From NCBI GenBank assembly GCA_040954595.2, contig CM082580.2, positions 10,394,390 through 10,458,389 on the forward strand: 64,000 nt of DNA. The letters are read 5' to 3'. Under the pieces are notes generated by a model. The model ran no database searches. It was not told where the DNA came from and was given only the letters and a program-made list of their open reading frames with translations. A program made the position numbers and the translations under genes. The stretch is from Balanoglossus misakiensis (Eukaryota; Animalia; Hemichordata). Positions 1-14,219 of this stretch are shown in pieces (the first letter of the stretch is position 1; the number at the start of each line of letters is the position of its first letter).

Positions 1-383
1 TAGAAACTCTCAGTTTTAATCTTATCTGTCGTCAAACGAGTTTAGCCTGTCATTTTCAAATGACACTGTATACTTGATATAATCCTCTAAAAGCCCATTT
101 CAGTAAATCTTCAGGCTTGCATGACGTTATATCAAAACTTAAAAGCTTTGCGGATATGCTCACTGATAGCCAAAATAACTGAGATTTCACTAAGTGGTCT
201 TGTCACATAACTGTTTTTTTTTTCTTCTAAATTTTTGTGTTAGATGAACGTGACGAGATGCACCAAGTTTATAGATACTGAAGTAATGTAGAAGTCCTAT
301 TGAGTTAGAGTTGCAGTTTGTACGTGGCAAGTTTTCTGGATAAAATGAAAAGTCCCTACACTATTGGAAGGAGACTGACTTAC

Positions 384-472
384 CATTCCTTTCAAGTCAT
401 TACTGCGGGGTACTCCTGCTACGTAGTCATCGCTGGAATCATAAGTAAATTCTCCAACTGCCACTGAATAGC
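384..472 (-). CDS. Integrin alpha coding exon 8 (first Ca2+-binding FG-GAP loop)
   Basis: (G)YSVAVGEFTYDSSDDYVAGVPRSNDLKGM; acceptor after a CT-rich tract, donor ATG|GTAAGT. Confidence 0.93.
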
Positions 473-3400
473 CTATCGAGAGAGCAAGAGAGAGCGAGAG
501 AGAGATAAACAAGTGTAATACAATTCAATTCCATGCTTAGTTTAATCAATTATATGATTCAAGTGTCTGTACAGTAAAGGTACACTGGTGGGTTTAGTCA
601 TGTTGTGTGAATATATAACACGTGAAATCAGTGTCTGCTTCTGAATCATTGTGTGTTTTGCTGGTGTCTCTGATGGACACCAGTGCAGTGATCTCACGTT
701 TAAGCGTCCCATCCCCTTGCTATCACTGTATGAGTTGTTCTCTGTCATGTCGTTTGAGAGATAACATATTGTGAAAATCAAAAATACTTCCAGATGGGTA
801 TTACATGTTTAATTGACATTCCCAGAGTGGGATTTTTTTTGATAAAAATATAATCCACGAGGAATTAAGAGATTATATCTAACGTGATTGTCTGATCTGA
901 TGCTTGTGGAGTTAACAAATCCGGCAGGAATTTTTCTGTGCTGATATTTTTTCATTTTTCCAGAAAAACTTCGGCGGCCGTTTGCTGATAACATCCGAAG
1001 TATTACGACAAAAATATGCATAATGAGCAATTTGCGCAGGAAATAAAACGAGAATGACCCAGCGGTATAGAGGAAGGGGGGATCTGGGATGTGCCATTAA
1101 ATCAGGCAGCCGACTGGAAAGCCAGGAAATGTACATGGAAATATCACGGCTATGCACCGATGGATCCTTCCCGGGAATTACAGTGCCGTTCTGTGGGAGA
1201 CGCACAAAATGCATGACGGAAAAAAAAACCAACAACCCGGGCCCGTAGTAGAGTTCAAGAAGAATTGCACTCTGGGGATTGCTGATTTGTCTGACAGGAC
1301 AGATTGGCAATCAATAGCAACACACACAAAAACATGTCCACCGTAGCAAGAATAGAATGATGAATCTCGATACAGCTCATCATTGAACGGTTTCTGCATT
1401 TTATTTTACCCCCCGCACTGGAAAAATCCTGCTTGCGTTTTCAAAATCAATCGTTTCGATTCACACACTCGCATCTAATGCGAGAACCAAACACTTATTG
1501 CCGAAGAAATTTACAACCAGGTAAATCAATTTTCAAATAAACTTAACACCCTTTTCGTGTTTTTCGCTTAGTATCTCGGCCGTGTATCAAATCATAGCTT
1601 CTGGTTGTACTTCAAGATCCTTTGTTCAGTGGGAGAGAAGAGGGTATTACAATGTAAACAGGGACGTATTTTCATAGGCCTCCTACATTCATATATGCAA
1701 ACACAACTACATACACATGTCGTGGTATCATTAGAGTGTCTGTCTCCACTCTCCCCTGGGGATGGGGAATGTACAGAGCAACTTCCCCTAGGGGATGGGG
1801 ACCAGAGCAACTGAACCTGCATGATTTCAAACAAAAAGGTGGCCAAATAAGGACCATACGAAAATCAAGGAAAAGCATTTTTGTTTTCTAAACATAAAGA
1901 ATAGATTCAGCATTTTCATCCAGACAAAATTAGGAGAAATTTGTTTGGACATTTAAACTGTTCAATTCTTTGATAGAACCTTGATCTTTTCTGAGAATAA
2001 CAAGGAAAAATACTTTTAAACAAATCCAAGTTATTGAGCTAATGGAAGTTGACTGTGGGCAGACTAATTGAACGTGTCTATACTGTAAAAAAGCTTGAAG
2101 TTCTATGTGTGCGACATATTCCCTTTGTCTTTGTTCTTCTTTGTTTGCATGGGGGTCATGTACGCTAGTTTTGATGTCACTGCCAAAGCCAGGGATGCAA
2201 ATTGGAATGGGGAGGGACCCAGTGATCAGACTAAATCCCTCTTCCCAAATGAGGGACCATTTCCCTGTTTATTTACGAGGCACTATATGAAAGTGATAAA
2301 TTATTCACTGTCATTACCCCTCGAGTTTAATCTACACCGGGGCCAGCTCATAAAAATCGATGACTAAACGGCTGCTGCCGGCTTTTTAGAGGGACATAAA
2401 CACCCCCCAGAATAACCCACAACTCGGAATGAACTGGTTTCAATCAAAACGCCGAAAAAAGACGTACGTGGGGGGAGGCGCGGCGTAAAGCGTAACTGGA
2501 GCAGACGGAGTTTGCTCGCATCGCTGCACTCGTTATTAGCGAAGTTCTGTAGCAGACAGACTCACTCACCCAGATAACTGTAATCATCCCCGTAATCATC
2601 TGTTTTGGGTCCCTCGATGTGACTCGACAACTTCTGACGGGAATTCAAACTTTGCGAGTATATTTGCCCTGTAAAAAGGAGTAGAGAAGGGAAAGAAACG
2701 GTCAAAATGTTAGAAAAATGGTTGTCTGTAAGCAGCTCTAGAATAATATATGAATCAAATATTGTGATCTGCTATTGTCCACTGGTAGTGCGTGACTGAA
2801 AAAAATCCATCGCTCAAAATTAAGACTCGACGACGTTATTCATCACCCTCTTGGAGACAGGACAAAGTGAATATTAATATTGACAGCGCAGGAAGGTGGC
2901 TCTATGGGTATTTAATGCAGCATGTCAAACACATTACGTTGGCGGGGGGCAGTTATTTAAAAACTGGACAGGGGTGTGTTTGGGGGCATGATTGAGGCAT
3001 GACTTCGGAAATCAGTGATGGCATTGCCTGGATGGGGTTGACTCTGGAATAAAAATAGATGCTTGGTGACCGTTCTAGTAAAGAAGTCATGTGACCAAAA
3101 ATGGCAGTAACGACAGCAGTATAACATCCACAAACAGGTGTGAGAAAACATGTCTTTCATGTACTGTTCAATTTTCCTTTGCACATTGTGGTTTTTTGCA
3201 ATTTCTGGGAGGTCATGCTCCACTACCGTGGAAAATAACTGGTGTTCTGATAATTAAGATATTTAAAAATCATCTTCATAGTTCATTTGACTGGTTTAAA
3301 ACACCATGAAATGTTTCATACTGGCATGACCAAAGCCAATTTAATGGGTGTAGGTTTTTAAGCTGGCTCAAAACCAATGATATGACCAAGCTCCTCTTGA

Positions 3401-6400
3401 GTGCAGCGAAGAAAGAGAGACTCACTCTTGACTAATATCTAATGATTACTTTGAATAAATGAAGTTTCACAGCAGGAGATACATCACCCAGGTAAGATTT
3501 TAATTGTCAGCATATTGCAATTTTTTTCCAGGTGGCAATGAATGGCCGCGGTGAAAAAAAAAACACTTCACTTGCATCACATTTGCTCAAGTCGAAAAAA
3601 AAATCAGACGTGATTACCAAGAAAGCTGCTTTCAAGAGTTTTATGCCAATTCTCCCTCTACTTTACACATTTACAAATTGTACTTCTATACAATAATTGT
3701 GAATGGACATGTTTCTTCACAACGCAATCCATCACCGAGAGTAATTTATTTCCAAAGCCAGTAATGGAATGTCGCAGCTTCTGAAAATCCATTTTCTGTT
3801 CCCATTCTCTCTCTCTCTCTCTTTTTCCGACGAGGATAAAGAATATTGATTTTTCTACCTTCCAATAGCCGGCATATAACGTGATTTTAACAATGGTATT
3901 AAAATCAATTTGGCATCGCTTTAAACGCGCTCCTCCGGTAACCATGGCGAAGCTGACACGGTGTTTGTAAATCGGTCCGAGACAGCTGAATGCAATGTGC
4001 CTTTGGCTTTTGACGGACTGCAGAAGCATCTTTGTTCAAATTTCCTGTATTTTAAATCTCCTGAAAGAACTTCCCTACTTTGGGAATGCAGAATCTGAGA
4101 GAGAAAGTTACAGAAGCCACAAGAGCACTGATCATCCGATACTTAACACATCTCCCATCTGCCTGTGTATTACACGTAGACATATCCACACCAAAGGGAA
4201 GACTCTGTTGCTATGGAAACAGTCATTCCTCAGTAGAATATCTCTGAATATTGCCCGAAGCTACCGGCACTTTCAGTTCATCTTTGCTATTTGTCTTGTT
4301 TTTCCCTTTTCTAAGAGAATGGATACATTTATAGTGCACATGCTGTGGGTCCTGGGTGAAAGCATCAGACTCTTCTCTCGTCAATAACTTCTTGACAGAA
4401 GAGGAAGGTCAGGCTACTTTTTGTGGAGTTTTTGAAGGACAAACTTTCCAGTATAGTGTGAGTCGGGTTCCCAACATCCAAAGACAATTAAGAGCTATCA
4501 TTCCACTGACAGTGGTGTAAGATTTTTCTGGACCAGTGCCCGAAGAAGTTTTTGCAAGACATTTCCAACCCCTGATCAATTTCAACACAACTCATTCACT
4601 GAAGAGGCCGAAACAGACTTAAAATGAGCACTTTTAGACCAAAATGTCACAGTGTTACAACTCTATCAAGCTGCCATCAGGGCGGTTAGGTACGCCATGC
4701 AATAAACATATGGAGGGGGAAAAATGATATTATCATAAAAACATTTAATGTACGGTTCGCAGACGTGAGCGAAATCCAAATGTACAGACATCTGCTGATT
4801 CAGGTTAAAGGGTAACACGCCATACAAATCAGATACACACACACACACAACATTTACATCAACCCTATACAAACCACTGCATTTTTGTTTGAAAAATTGA
4901 AATAACAATTTCACTCATTTATATGGCATCCTGTGGTTTTGTATCCCTGTACTAGTTGCTTGCCAATCCAACGACTGCATGTGGAGATTTTTGTTTGAAT
5001 ATTTCGATGAAATGATGAGTTTTGTTGTCATAAAACAGTATGTTTCTCGCAAATCGTATTATTTTACCAGCTTTCCAGAAACAGCAGGTTTTACAACCAA
5101 AATCATTATCACCAGTTGTAAAAACAGCAATGCAACAGCAAAATACTGCTATATCCCAGTCCACATTAAGGTAGTACATGCCTTTAAAATCAAAGTCTTA
5201 AATTTTTCCTCAGAGTTTGCTCAAGGCAACATCAGCTTATAGAATCTCTTAAAATTGAGAAGTTTAAAGGACTGTCATTTTTCTGAAAATCTATCCCCAA
5301 GGTACGCACTACCTTAAAGCGATCAAGAGATGACATTCTCCAAACACAAATTCTTATGACTGTTTCATGTACTCACCTTGCCACCAATAGCTTCCAACTG
5401 CTCCCATGGCCAAATGTTTCTTGTTCTGTGGAGTAGACACATAAAAGACAACATGAAAATGCTTTCAACCAATATTCCGTCATAATTGCTCGGGGGGTGC
5501 ATGTCTCTCTTATTTTTTGATGATGTTTGCGCACAGAATGGAGTAGTCGGCAAACATCTGATACACATCACTGCTATTTGCTTCAGATCATGCTGACATG
5601 ACTGGAGTGGTGTGCGTCTTTTTGATTTATTAATAATCTTTGTGAGTCTGGGCACTGACTGCACGCATGGTTCATTAAAAGCTCTGATAGATGTAATGTC
5701 TGGCTATTTTTTTCCGCGTTTTTGTCTGGCCCTTGTTCAGCTCTCTACAAAATGGTGACATGCTTGATATTTACATGTAGCTTAATTATCAAGATAGTCT
5801 ATTATGAGTACAGTCTGGTATGGTTGGGGTTAAGCCACGAACGACAGAATGCAGCAATTACATATAGGGCATCACAAATAAATCCTGACTTCTGTAATAA
5901 TAAAACAAATATAGCTGATACAGTGTCAGGAGATTGGCTCTTTAATTGCCTCTCCGAAATAGAGTCAGGTGCTAACGGGATTAAGTACTTCCGTGAACTT
6001 AACAATCCTGCAATAACGAATTCATCCAGAGCGGACCGACTGGACAACGGAACATGACTTGACTGGGGGATCAGGGGGGAGGATTTGCACCGTTCAACTC
6101 TTAATTCCTGGCTGGATTTATACTCCGGACAATATCATCAAGGTGTCATTTTGGTAGGGGGGGGGGTTGAGTTATGGTCTTTAATGAGTACAGTGTCTGG
6201 GTCTGTGTCTGTCAGCCTTGTCTGTGCAGAAAGCCACGCGTCCACATGCCCTGCATGTTAAACAGCGGAACTCGGATAAACGACGCATCAGGGTTTTGTC
6301 ATTGCAGACGCGACATGCTCGCTCTGTAATTAAACGCTGGCAACCGTCACTATGGTAGCATTCATTGTTCCATGTGAACTTGACCCACTATTCAAACGCA

Positions 6401-9400
6401 CAGACGCTACTGTCAGTGAAATGAGAATCCCAATTCTTCGACATAACTGAATTTATAAAAATTTTAACGTTAAACAGTCGTGTGGAGCATTTAATATGTG
6501 ATGTAATTATATGCTGCAAGCCATGATAGTCTCTGGATCACGTTTTATTTTCTAACTACCAGCATGATAGAACATGCAAAATAGATCCCACAATTGAACA
6601 GGATATCAATTTCTGTTTGCTAAAATATAACTTACTATATAATTAGAGTATTGTATTTAGGGGTTAAATGTTCAAAGGTTAATAAAGGACTAAAAAAATA
6701 ATAATTTGAAATCCATTTTACAATACTGCATTAGAAGATATTTCCATATGCATTTGGTACACAATGCTGGTTATTTTCGGTTCATATTCACAAATGGTGA
6801 CTGGCACAACAAAACGCTGGTTATACAAAGCTAGTCTTGTTAAAAAAATTGTAATAGATGTAGCTTTCTTGTTCAAAATTGTCAAAGTATGAAACATCTG
6901 TAATTCAGGTTTTCATAAAGAAAGGAGTATTACTACATGATTCATATTGTATGCAGGTTCAAACGGCCAAGGTGACTTTTTGTCGATAAAAATGCGTATT
7001 CATTATGAAAGTTGGTTCAAGCATCCTGTCAGAAATCTAAAACAATGAACATGAAATGTAAAATACGCAGAGCAAATAACATAAATTAAATTAAATTTTA
7101 AAATGTTTATATTTGAGTGAGATAAAGAAATTTGAATAACAATAAATTCTGGAGAAAAAAATCAATTTGCTGCATAATATCATGATGCACACCACACGAC
7201 AATTCCAATGCATGCTATTCTGTGGTTTATTAGTATTTCTAAAGATATCCAATGTTACCCCATTTTGTTAGGTTAATAAGATATGGGAAGTAAAGCTTTC
7301 ATACAAGATCCTATTACTATAATCAATTGTTATTTCATTATTACTCCTGAACCTTATCTTGCGGGTCAGCATGATTTATGGAATCAGATGTGGATACGAT
7401 GCTCTGTTGCGATCGCGCCTTGCATTATATTTCTGACCCAAACGTCAATGTTTTTACATTAAATTCCATGCGTGATATGCACCAGGTAAATTGCATGCGA
7501 TGTGGGACAGCGCACGCTGGGTATTATCGCCCAGTGATTGATCACGTTAGATGTCCGGCTGTTCTTTTGAATATAATAAAGCCGGGGTGAATGAAATTTC
7601 AAGGTTTTACCAGTCTGCAAAACAATGGGTATAAACTATAAATATAGAAACAACTTTATGTAGGATGAATCATATCTTTTTAAACATTTGATGCATACCA
7701 TGCATGGGCGGAGTACATTGTACTTCGGCTGACTCAACTTATCTCAAATATTTTGCAGCACAGAAAATATCAAATAAGCGTATCGTGTGGTTATGACATG
7801 TAACAAAGTTTCCTCCAGACAGCTGACATCTCTTCCTAACAAAGCCAGAAACGTTTCATCAATTTATGTAAATCAGATGCAACCATAATGCCTTTGTTCT
7901 GTGTTGCCGGGACAATGGCATATTGGTAACAAGCGATCACCTAATCTCTTTATTCAGAAGATGATCCGAAATGAAGAATTCAAATAAACAATTCTCGCGT
8001 GACGGACATGGTTGCCTGTATTATAAATTTTTCGCTCTGATGACGCTACACAATGCATTCTGACGCGATGAGCACAACAGCCCGTGTAACGGTACATGAT
8101 TCAGTCACAAAGGCACATGTCAAGACTTCCCCTCCCATCCCAAATTGACAATATCATGCAAATAGGATTTTAACGATTTCAGATTTTGGTTTTATGGTCA
8201 GATATGTAATAGACACGTACTCGTAATAAAGTGTTGACATAATAACTTAGATGGTGCATACAGTAAAATAAAACATTTCAAGTTTCGAAAAATGTCAAGC
8301 AGATGGTCTGAAAACTCTCATATCTGCAAAATCAATATTTTTTATTATTTTTTTCCACAGGATTAGCGGTAATGCTTTGAAAATATCGTGCAATTGACTG
8401 ATTTACTGTTTGCATATCTGTATGATATCACAAGGGTGTTGGTAATATCAAAATTTTGGTTGGCAATTATTTTTTATGGCCGAGAGCTATAAATTTTCCA
8501 TTGTTAACGATTTTATCACTTATGATTCCCATAAATGAGATATCCCTCAGAGAGAAAAGTTTTATAGATGAGATAATTATTATGATTAATTTTCTTCTGC
8601 AGAAGTAAATAATTCATGAACGCAAAAATTTGATGAGGTTCATGCACACTTTGGTGAATGAAGCTATGTCTATTAAAATGCTGATGATGAAACTCAAAAG
8701 AAGTAATCCTTTGTTTCAAATTCAGCTTAAGTTTTATTTTTTAGTGCAGACATAACAGTACAAACACTGCACTTGTCTCAGTACATGCTGATTGACACAA
8801 GCAACAATGATATTCTGAGAAACTGAGAGAACTGTCTGGGAACTGAAGTCTCTCTTCATAAGACATCATGTCATAAACCTCAGACTCTGAACACCTCTGT
8901 AAACCGAACAGTTTTCTATTCTCTGACGATTCCACTTTCTATACGCATAATGGTGTATATAGTCATACCAGTATCTGATTGACTACCAACATCTGTACCA
9001 GGAAACAATAAAACTGAGTTACTGTCACTGCGCGCCTCACAATATTAGTATTCCAAATCCGTTGTTTTTTAACCCCCGCTCGCGCATGCACTCCACTCAC
9101 CTTCGTGACATCAGCGCTTATTCCGGCTTGACAAAAGCCAAGCCGATCTGTTTTCAGCTCATCTGTTGAAAAGATACAAAAAAAAGGAGAAAAATGATAT
9201 GAGTATATAGTCAACCGTATATTTTTTTGTCTGCTGGTAAAAATTTGAAGCAAAGGATTCCGTACTCTCGAACTCAAACTGTTATTGTTCTCTGCTAATT
9301 ATCATCGGGACGAGTGAAAACGTGTCATTAGGGTCGGCTGGACTGCAGAATTGGCTGTATTTTCCAGAAATTAGAAGCCATTAGACTCATCCCCCCAGAG

Positions 9401-12400
9401 TGTCATTTATTCGATTTTTGGCACGGCGATACAGGGAAGAGTTTTGGTGCAAATCAGCTGCGAGTTTCACTTTTGATTAATGACACGTCTGGCCCGCAGG
9501 CAATGCATAAATCAAAGCGTTGAACTTAACAAATATGCACCCTGGGGAGGAGGGAGGGAACAAAAGACCAAATCTGTGACTGCAGAAGAGCACGTCCCAT
9601 TAATTTCCAAGTACAAAGCACATGTCAGCAGTTAACAGCAACACTGCCACTTCACAGTGTGTTGTTTTCTGGCCAGGGCATCATTTCATCCACCTCTATT
9701 TCATATCACACCACCAAATAACCTTTTAAGTTCCAAGTTTGCACAGGACATATTCTTTGGTTCTTTAAAAACACATTAAAAAACCTGCTTAAAAAGTACA
9801 ATTTGACTTGTTCTGCTCAAATAATTCTTTTCTCCATTTTTACTTGAACTTGAAGAATATACTACATCCTTTAATTCCCCTGGTCTCCACTTTCACCTGT
9901 TTAGAGCATGTCAAATTACTACATAGTCACAAAAGCAACACTCTGACGTATCAGGTGGTAGCCTGTTCAATTACACCAGTATTAGCAACTTGAAGGTTAC
10001 GGCCCTTGTTAACCATTTACAGCGATCATCGTTCCGGAAATTTAAGTGTAATTTTTCACGCTGTTATTGCCTCTGAAGGGCGGGCTTAGCATGTAAGTGG
10101 AAGGGCTTATTTACCGGATTCAGTGTAGTGAATTTGAAGTTGACATCTCGCTTTTATATAGCCTTGTATGGTTTTTTACCCAGGGGGAATACACTGGAAC
10201 ATTTGTATGAAACAACGCATGAAAGTTCCGAAGGGGAAAAAAATCAATGCTCCTGCCCAACGGACTATACACTCGGGAGGCTGATCTACATTTGTAGCAT
10301 GCATTGGGAGATAACTTTATAAAATATCTAATGATCAGCAGCTGCAGACCAGATGCAACTTGCCACCGTAAATATCAAGTAGTGTACCTTGGGCTATATA
10401 GACTTGTTTCTGATTGTGCACTACAATTCATTAACGGTGATTGCTTGTTTTAATGAGCATTCACTGCCGCATCTTGCAAACGAAACATGAGAAAAACGTG
10501 ACCTTTATATTTCGCATTCATAAGGTTTCTCAAATTAGCGTTGCCACGGCGTTATCTCTATCTGAGTACATGGCAGTTTGTCCTCCTATCGTAAGGTTCT
10601 ACAGTGACCTTTAACCTCACGTGAACCGCGGATGACATACATTGTGCTCTTCAGAAAGAACAGCGGATTTGTTGTTTGCGCTATGACGTCCGCCCGTCCC
10701 AGCGGATGAATTTACGAGACGGGGTCCTGAAGGGTAAACAGGGGGCTTTTACATTATCAGCTTAGATCCATTACTGTCTTCAACAACGCCTACAGGAAAA
10801 AAAACTTAGATGTTGCGTGCGAAACGAGACACATCTGACATTACGGGAGAGATCATTAACAAGATACACAGCTTTCCCAATATATTCATCAAGTTAATCT
10901 GATTGTTTTTAAAATTTTGCCAATTCTCGACAAAAAACCTTTGGAATTTTTCAGTGCAACAGACGAGTGGAATCAAACATTAGAATTGTGGTGTTTTGCA
11001 ATAATTGGCATGCAGCCAGGCAGAAATAATTGGAGAAAAGTTGTCGAAAACAAGATTGTGAGTTCAGCGCTTTCCCCTCCCGGTAGCACATCATCTATCC
11101 CGAGGACACCAAAGACAGGTCAGAAGGTGATGTTACAAATGATCTGATCTCAGTTGCCATGGGTACCCGGCTGGCAGTTACCATGACAACAAGGTATTAG
11201 ATCACGACTGTTTTCCCCTACTAGCCACATCAAGAGCGCCGTTATTTCCGAAGTCATAAAATTAATACTGTTTCTCAATTTGAGGTACGTTGATGACTAT
11301 ATTTTAAGTTTATTAGAAGATGTTGAAGACTGGATGATGAGGGAAGCCGAGGCTTTTGATGCGCAAGCTGGGGATAGACACCAACCGGAGGCATGCTGGC
11401 AACTGGGGGATTAGCGGAGCTAAGTTTGAGATTAGTCGTGTATACACTAATGGCCAGAAGTGAAAGTGGGCTTTGAATGAGGAAAAAAAAAACGAGGGTG
11501 ATTACTTACGTGTAGGACAAGGAGAGTGCTCTTCAAAGTCGCTGAAATCACTGTTTGTTGTGAAACAGGTCCCGATGAGAAATCGGTCGTGTCGCATCAT
11601 CGGGATGTTTGCTTTGTACACATATCTGCGGGGTGCACACGCCTGGAATTGGAAATGAGGAGAGAAAAGGCATCACTTGAACTGATTTCCACCGAGTGTT
11701 TGCGCAGCTTTGAAACCGAAACGGGAAGCACAGTGTGTCTCTTTGCCCGGACAAACAACCGAACTGTCATAAGAAGTGTCATCCATTAAGGAAAGGTGTT
11801 GTCGGCGCGCCCTTTGAGAAGTTTCGTCTTTCTCAGCATCAATCTTTGAAAGCGTGTAAACTTTCTGTCTCGAGTGTCCCGACGCCGGATTTGAAAGACT
11901 GCAATCATTTCGCAATGTCACAGCATCAAGATCTCAATGTCAAACTGAAGCTTCGGATTTAAATTCTCCGTTTTTTTTTTCTTCTTATGACGTCTTGTGG
12001 TGAAAATCTGTTCAAAGATTCCCACCAGGTTGTACGAGGAAATATATGCGTTTCCAAGGAGTGCATGATCTATTACTAACACCATTTAAACGTAATCTAA
12101 ATCTAGCAAACTATGTTCATGCAATATTAAAACCCAATTGAGTACTTGAATTCCCATTTCTCGTATATCTTATACATCCAGCATGCAACAGTTTTTGTCA
12201 ATATACACACTCGGAATTATTAGCCACGGCTCAAGGCATGCCAAGAATACATAAAAAATCGCACCACCTTGTGCGCTGCGGAGGAAATATTTCATTAAGT
12301 TCATCAATTAATCCCCCCTGTGATATTCTGTTGATACTGCTGTTATTGTAATATTATCATCCTACTGCGACAGAGATGAGAAATACTGTATGTGTGTATG

Positions 12401-14138
12401 TGCAATAAATCATGTCAATAAATCTTTCGCAACGGGATGTTAAGTACTGTTTCTATCACAAACATAATGGAACCGGTGTTTTCAATTGCGTGGCGGGATA
12501 TACACATCTTATCACTAATGCATCTGCGTCTTCGAGCCAGTAAATGTTTTCCAAAATGATACTCTTAAATCTTCTTCCTAATGCAAAGTTATTTTTAGAA
12601 GACTTCCATGTCTTCTTGTAAGTCGGCAGGGCCTGGATTACAAAGGTGACCCATCCCCCTCCTTCACACTGACCACAATGCAATCTTCCCGTACTTGGCA
12701 TGTCTCGCTAATATTATAATAATACTCATAGGATTAATTTTGAAAATATGCTCTATCTGAAAGATTTTTAAAAAAAATTCCCAGTCCTTTTTTTCCTGAT
12801 GAAGGGGATGAAATGTAATGGTTGCCATGGAATCACATCTTCCATTACATTCTCAAGCACATTTCAGCCGAGCTGAGAAGATACTGTGAGTATCCTGAAA
12901 GGATTTCTTCTTACCGTTACAGATTATATGGTCACAGGTCAGTGTGTTTTAATGGAAATTTTCTGTCTTGCTCTTCACAAAACTTTTAAGCTTATCTTCT
13001 GGAATTTCCATTTCTTGCCAATTTTTCAAAGTGTTTCCATCAACTTACTGAGGTTGAATTTAAAGGGACAAAGTCACTCTTGTTTAATGATATTTTGGTT
13101 GTTTATTTTTTGTAATGGGGGAGTACTATTCAATGACATCATTTTTGGTATTAAGTGTCAAATTTTATGTCACACAGGCTTTGGACACTAGATATCTTTG
13201 TGTATGTATGTATAAAGGGAGAACCATTTGATTTCTGGGAGGATGAAGGATTATAGGGTAATGGGTATGCCAGCTATTCTTCTGGGCCCCTATTACAGCA
13301 ATTATTGTTTTATTGATTGCCAGTCCACCTTTTTTCTGAGGCATTGCAGAAGCAAATTACTGTTTTCCTCTACACAATCTGCCAATAATTTTCTCTCCAA
13401 AATCCTCCCCCGAAATCAACTGGTTCTCCCTAACATAAAATGTGTCGGTATATACTTCAATGACTGGACATTTCGGTCTATTTCAGGTAGCATTTCTCAG
13501 AAGAACAACATGTTTTGTAGCTTTTCTGTTCAGATAGATGCACGATCCAAGACATTTTGAAGAAATTACCAGTACTACAGATCTACGTACCGCTATAACG
13601 CCATTTCGCCCCGAACTCTTCACCGTTGCACCGAACCACTGGTGCGATTTCTCGGGAATCGGTTTCTGTCCGTACTTGAGGGGCAGATTCTCTCTACCGT
13701 TGGAGCTTTCCACGTACGGAACACCTGTCAAAACAACCGGGAAACGAACCGATGAAAAAATGAAGGACTTTCGTTCTCGGGCTGCATCAACGAATGAATG
13801 AACCAGACCCGGGTGAAAAACGAGCGCGAAAATTCATAATATCAAATCTAAAATTAAATCTTGACACGCATGACACTCTTTAGACGATAGAAAAGGGGTC
13901 CGCGAGAAGTACAGTCAATTTAGAATCTTGTAATTGCGTCAGATCGTCACCATTTCCCCCCGAATCCCCGAAGCTGGTCTCTTCCTCACTGATCACAGTT
14001 TACTGGTAGCCATGGTGCATGGGGGACACGTTTCAAGATGGCCGCCTTGTGAGTGACGTCATATAGCTTTCCTATCCTATGCAAATTTAGCGGTGGTGTC
14101 ACGTGACCAAGGGGTATTCCCCCACTGGACCAGGAAGT

Positions 14139-14219
<81 letters not shown>

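Noticed and set aside
11787-12090. Possible TTAA-flanked MITE in intron 3, and a similar one at ~27132-27380
   Set aside because: Terminal inverted repeats are too degenerate to define ends confidently.
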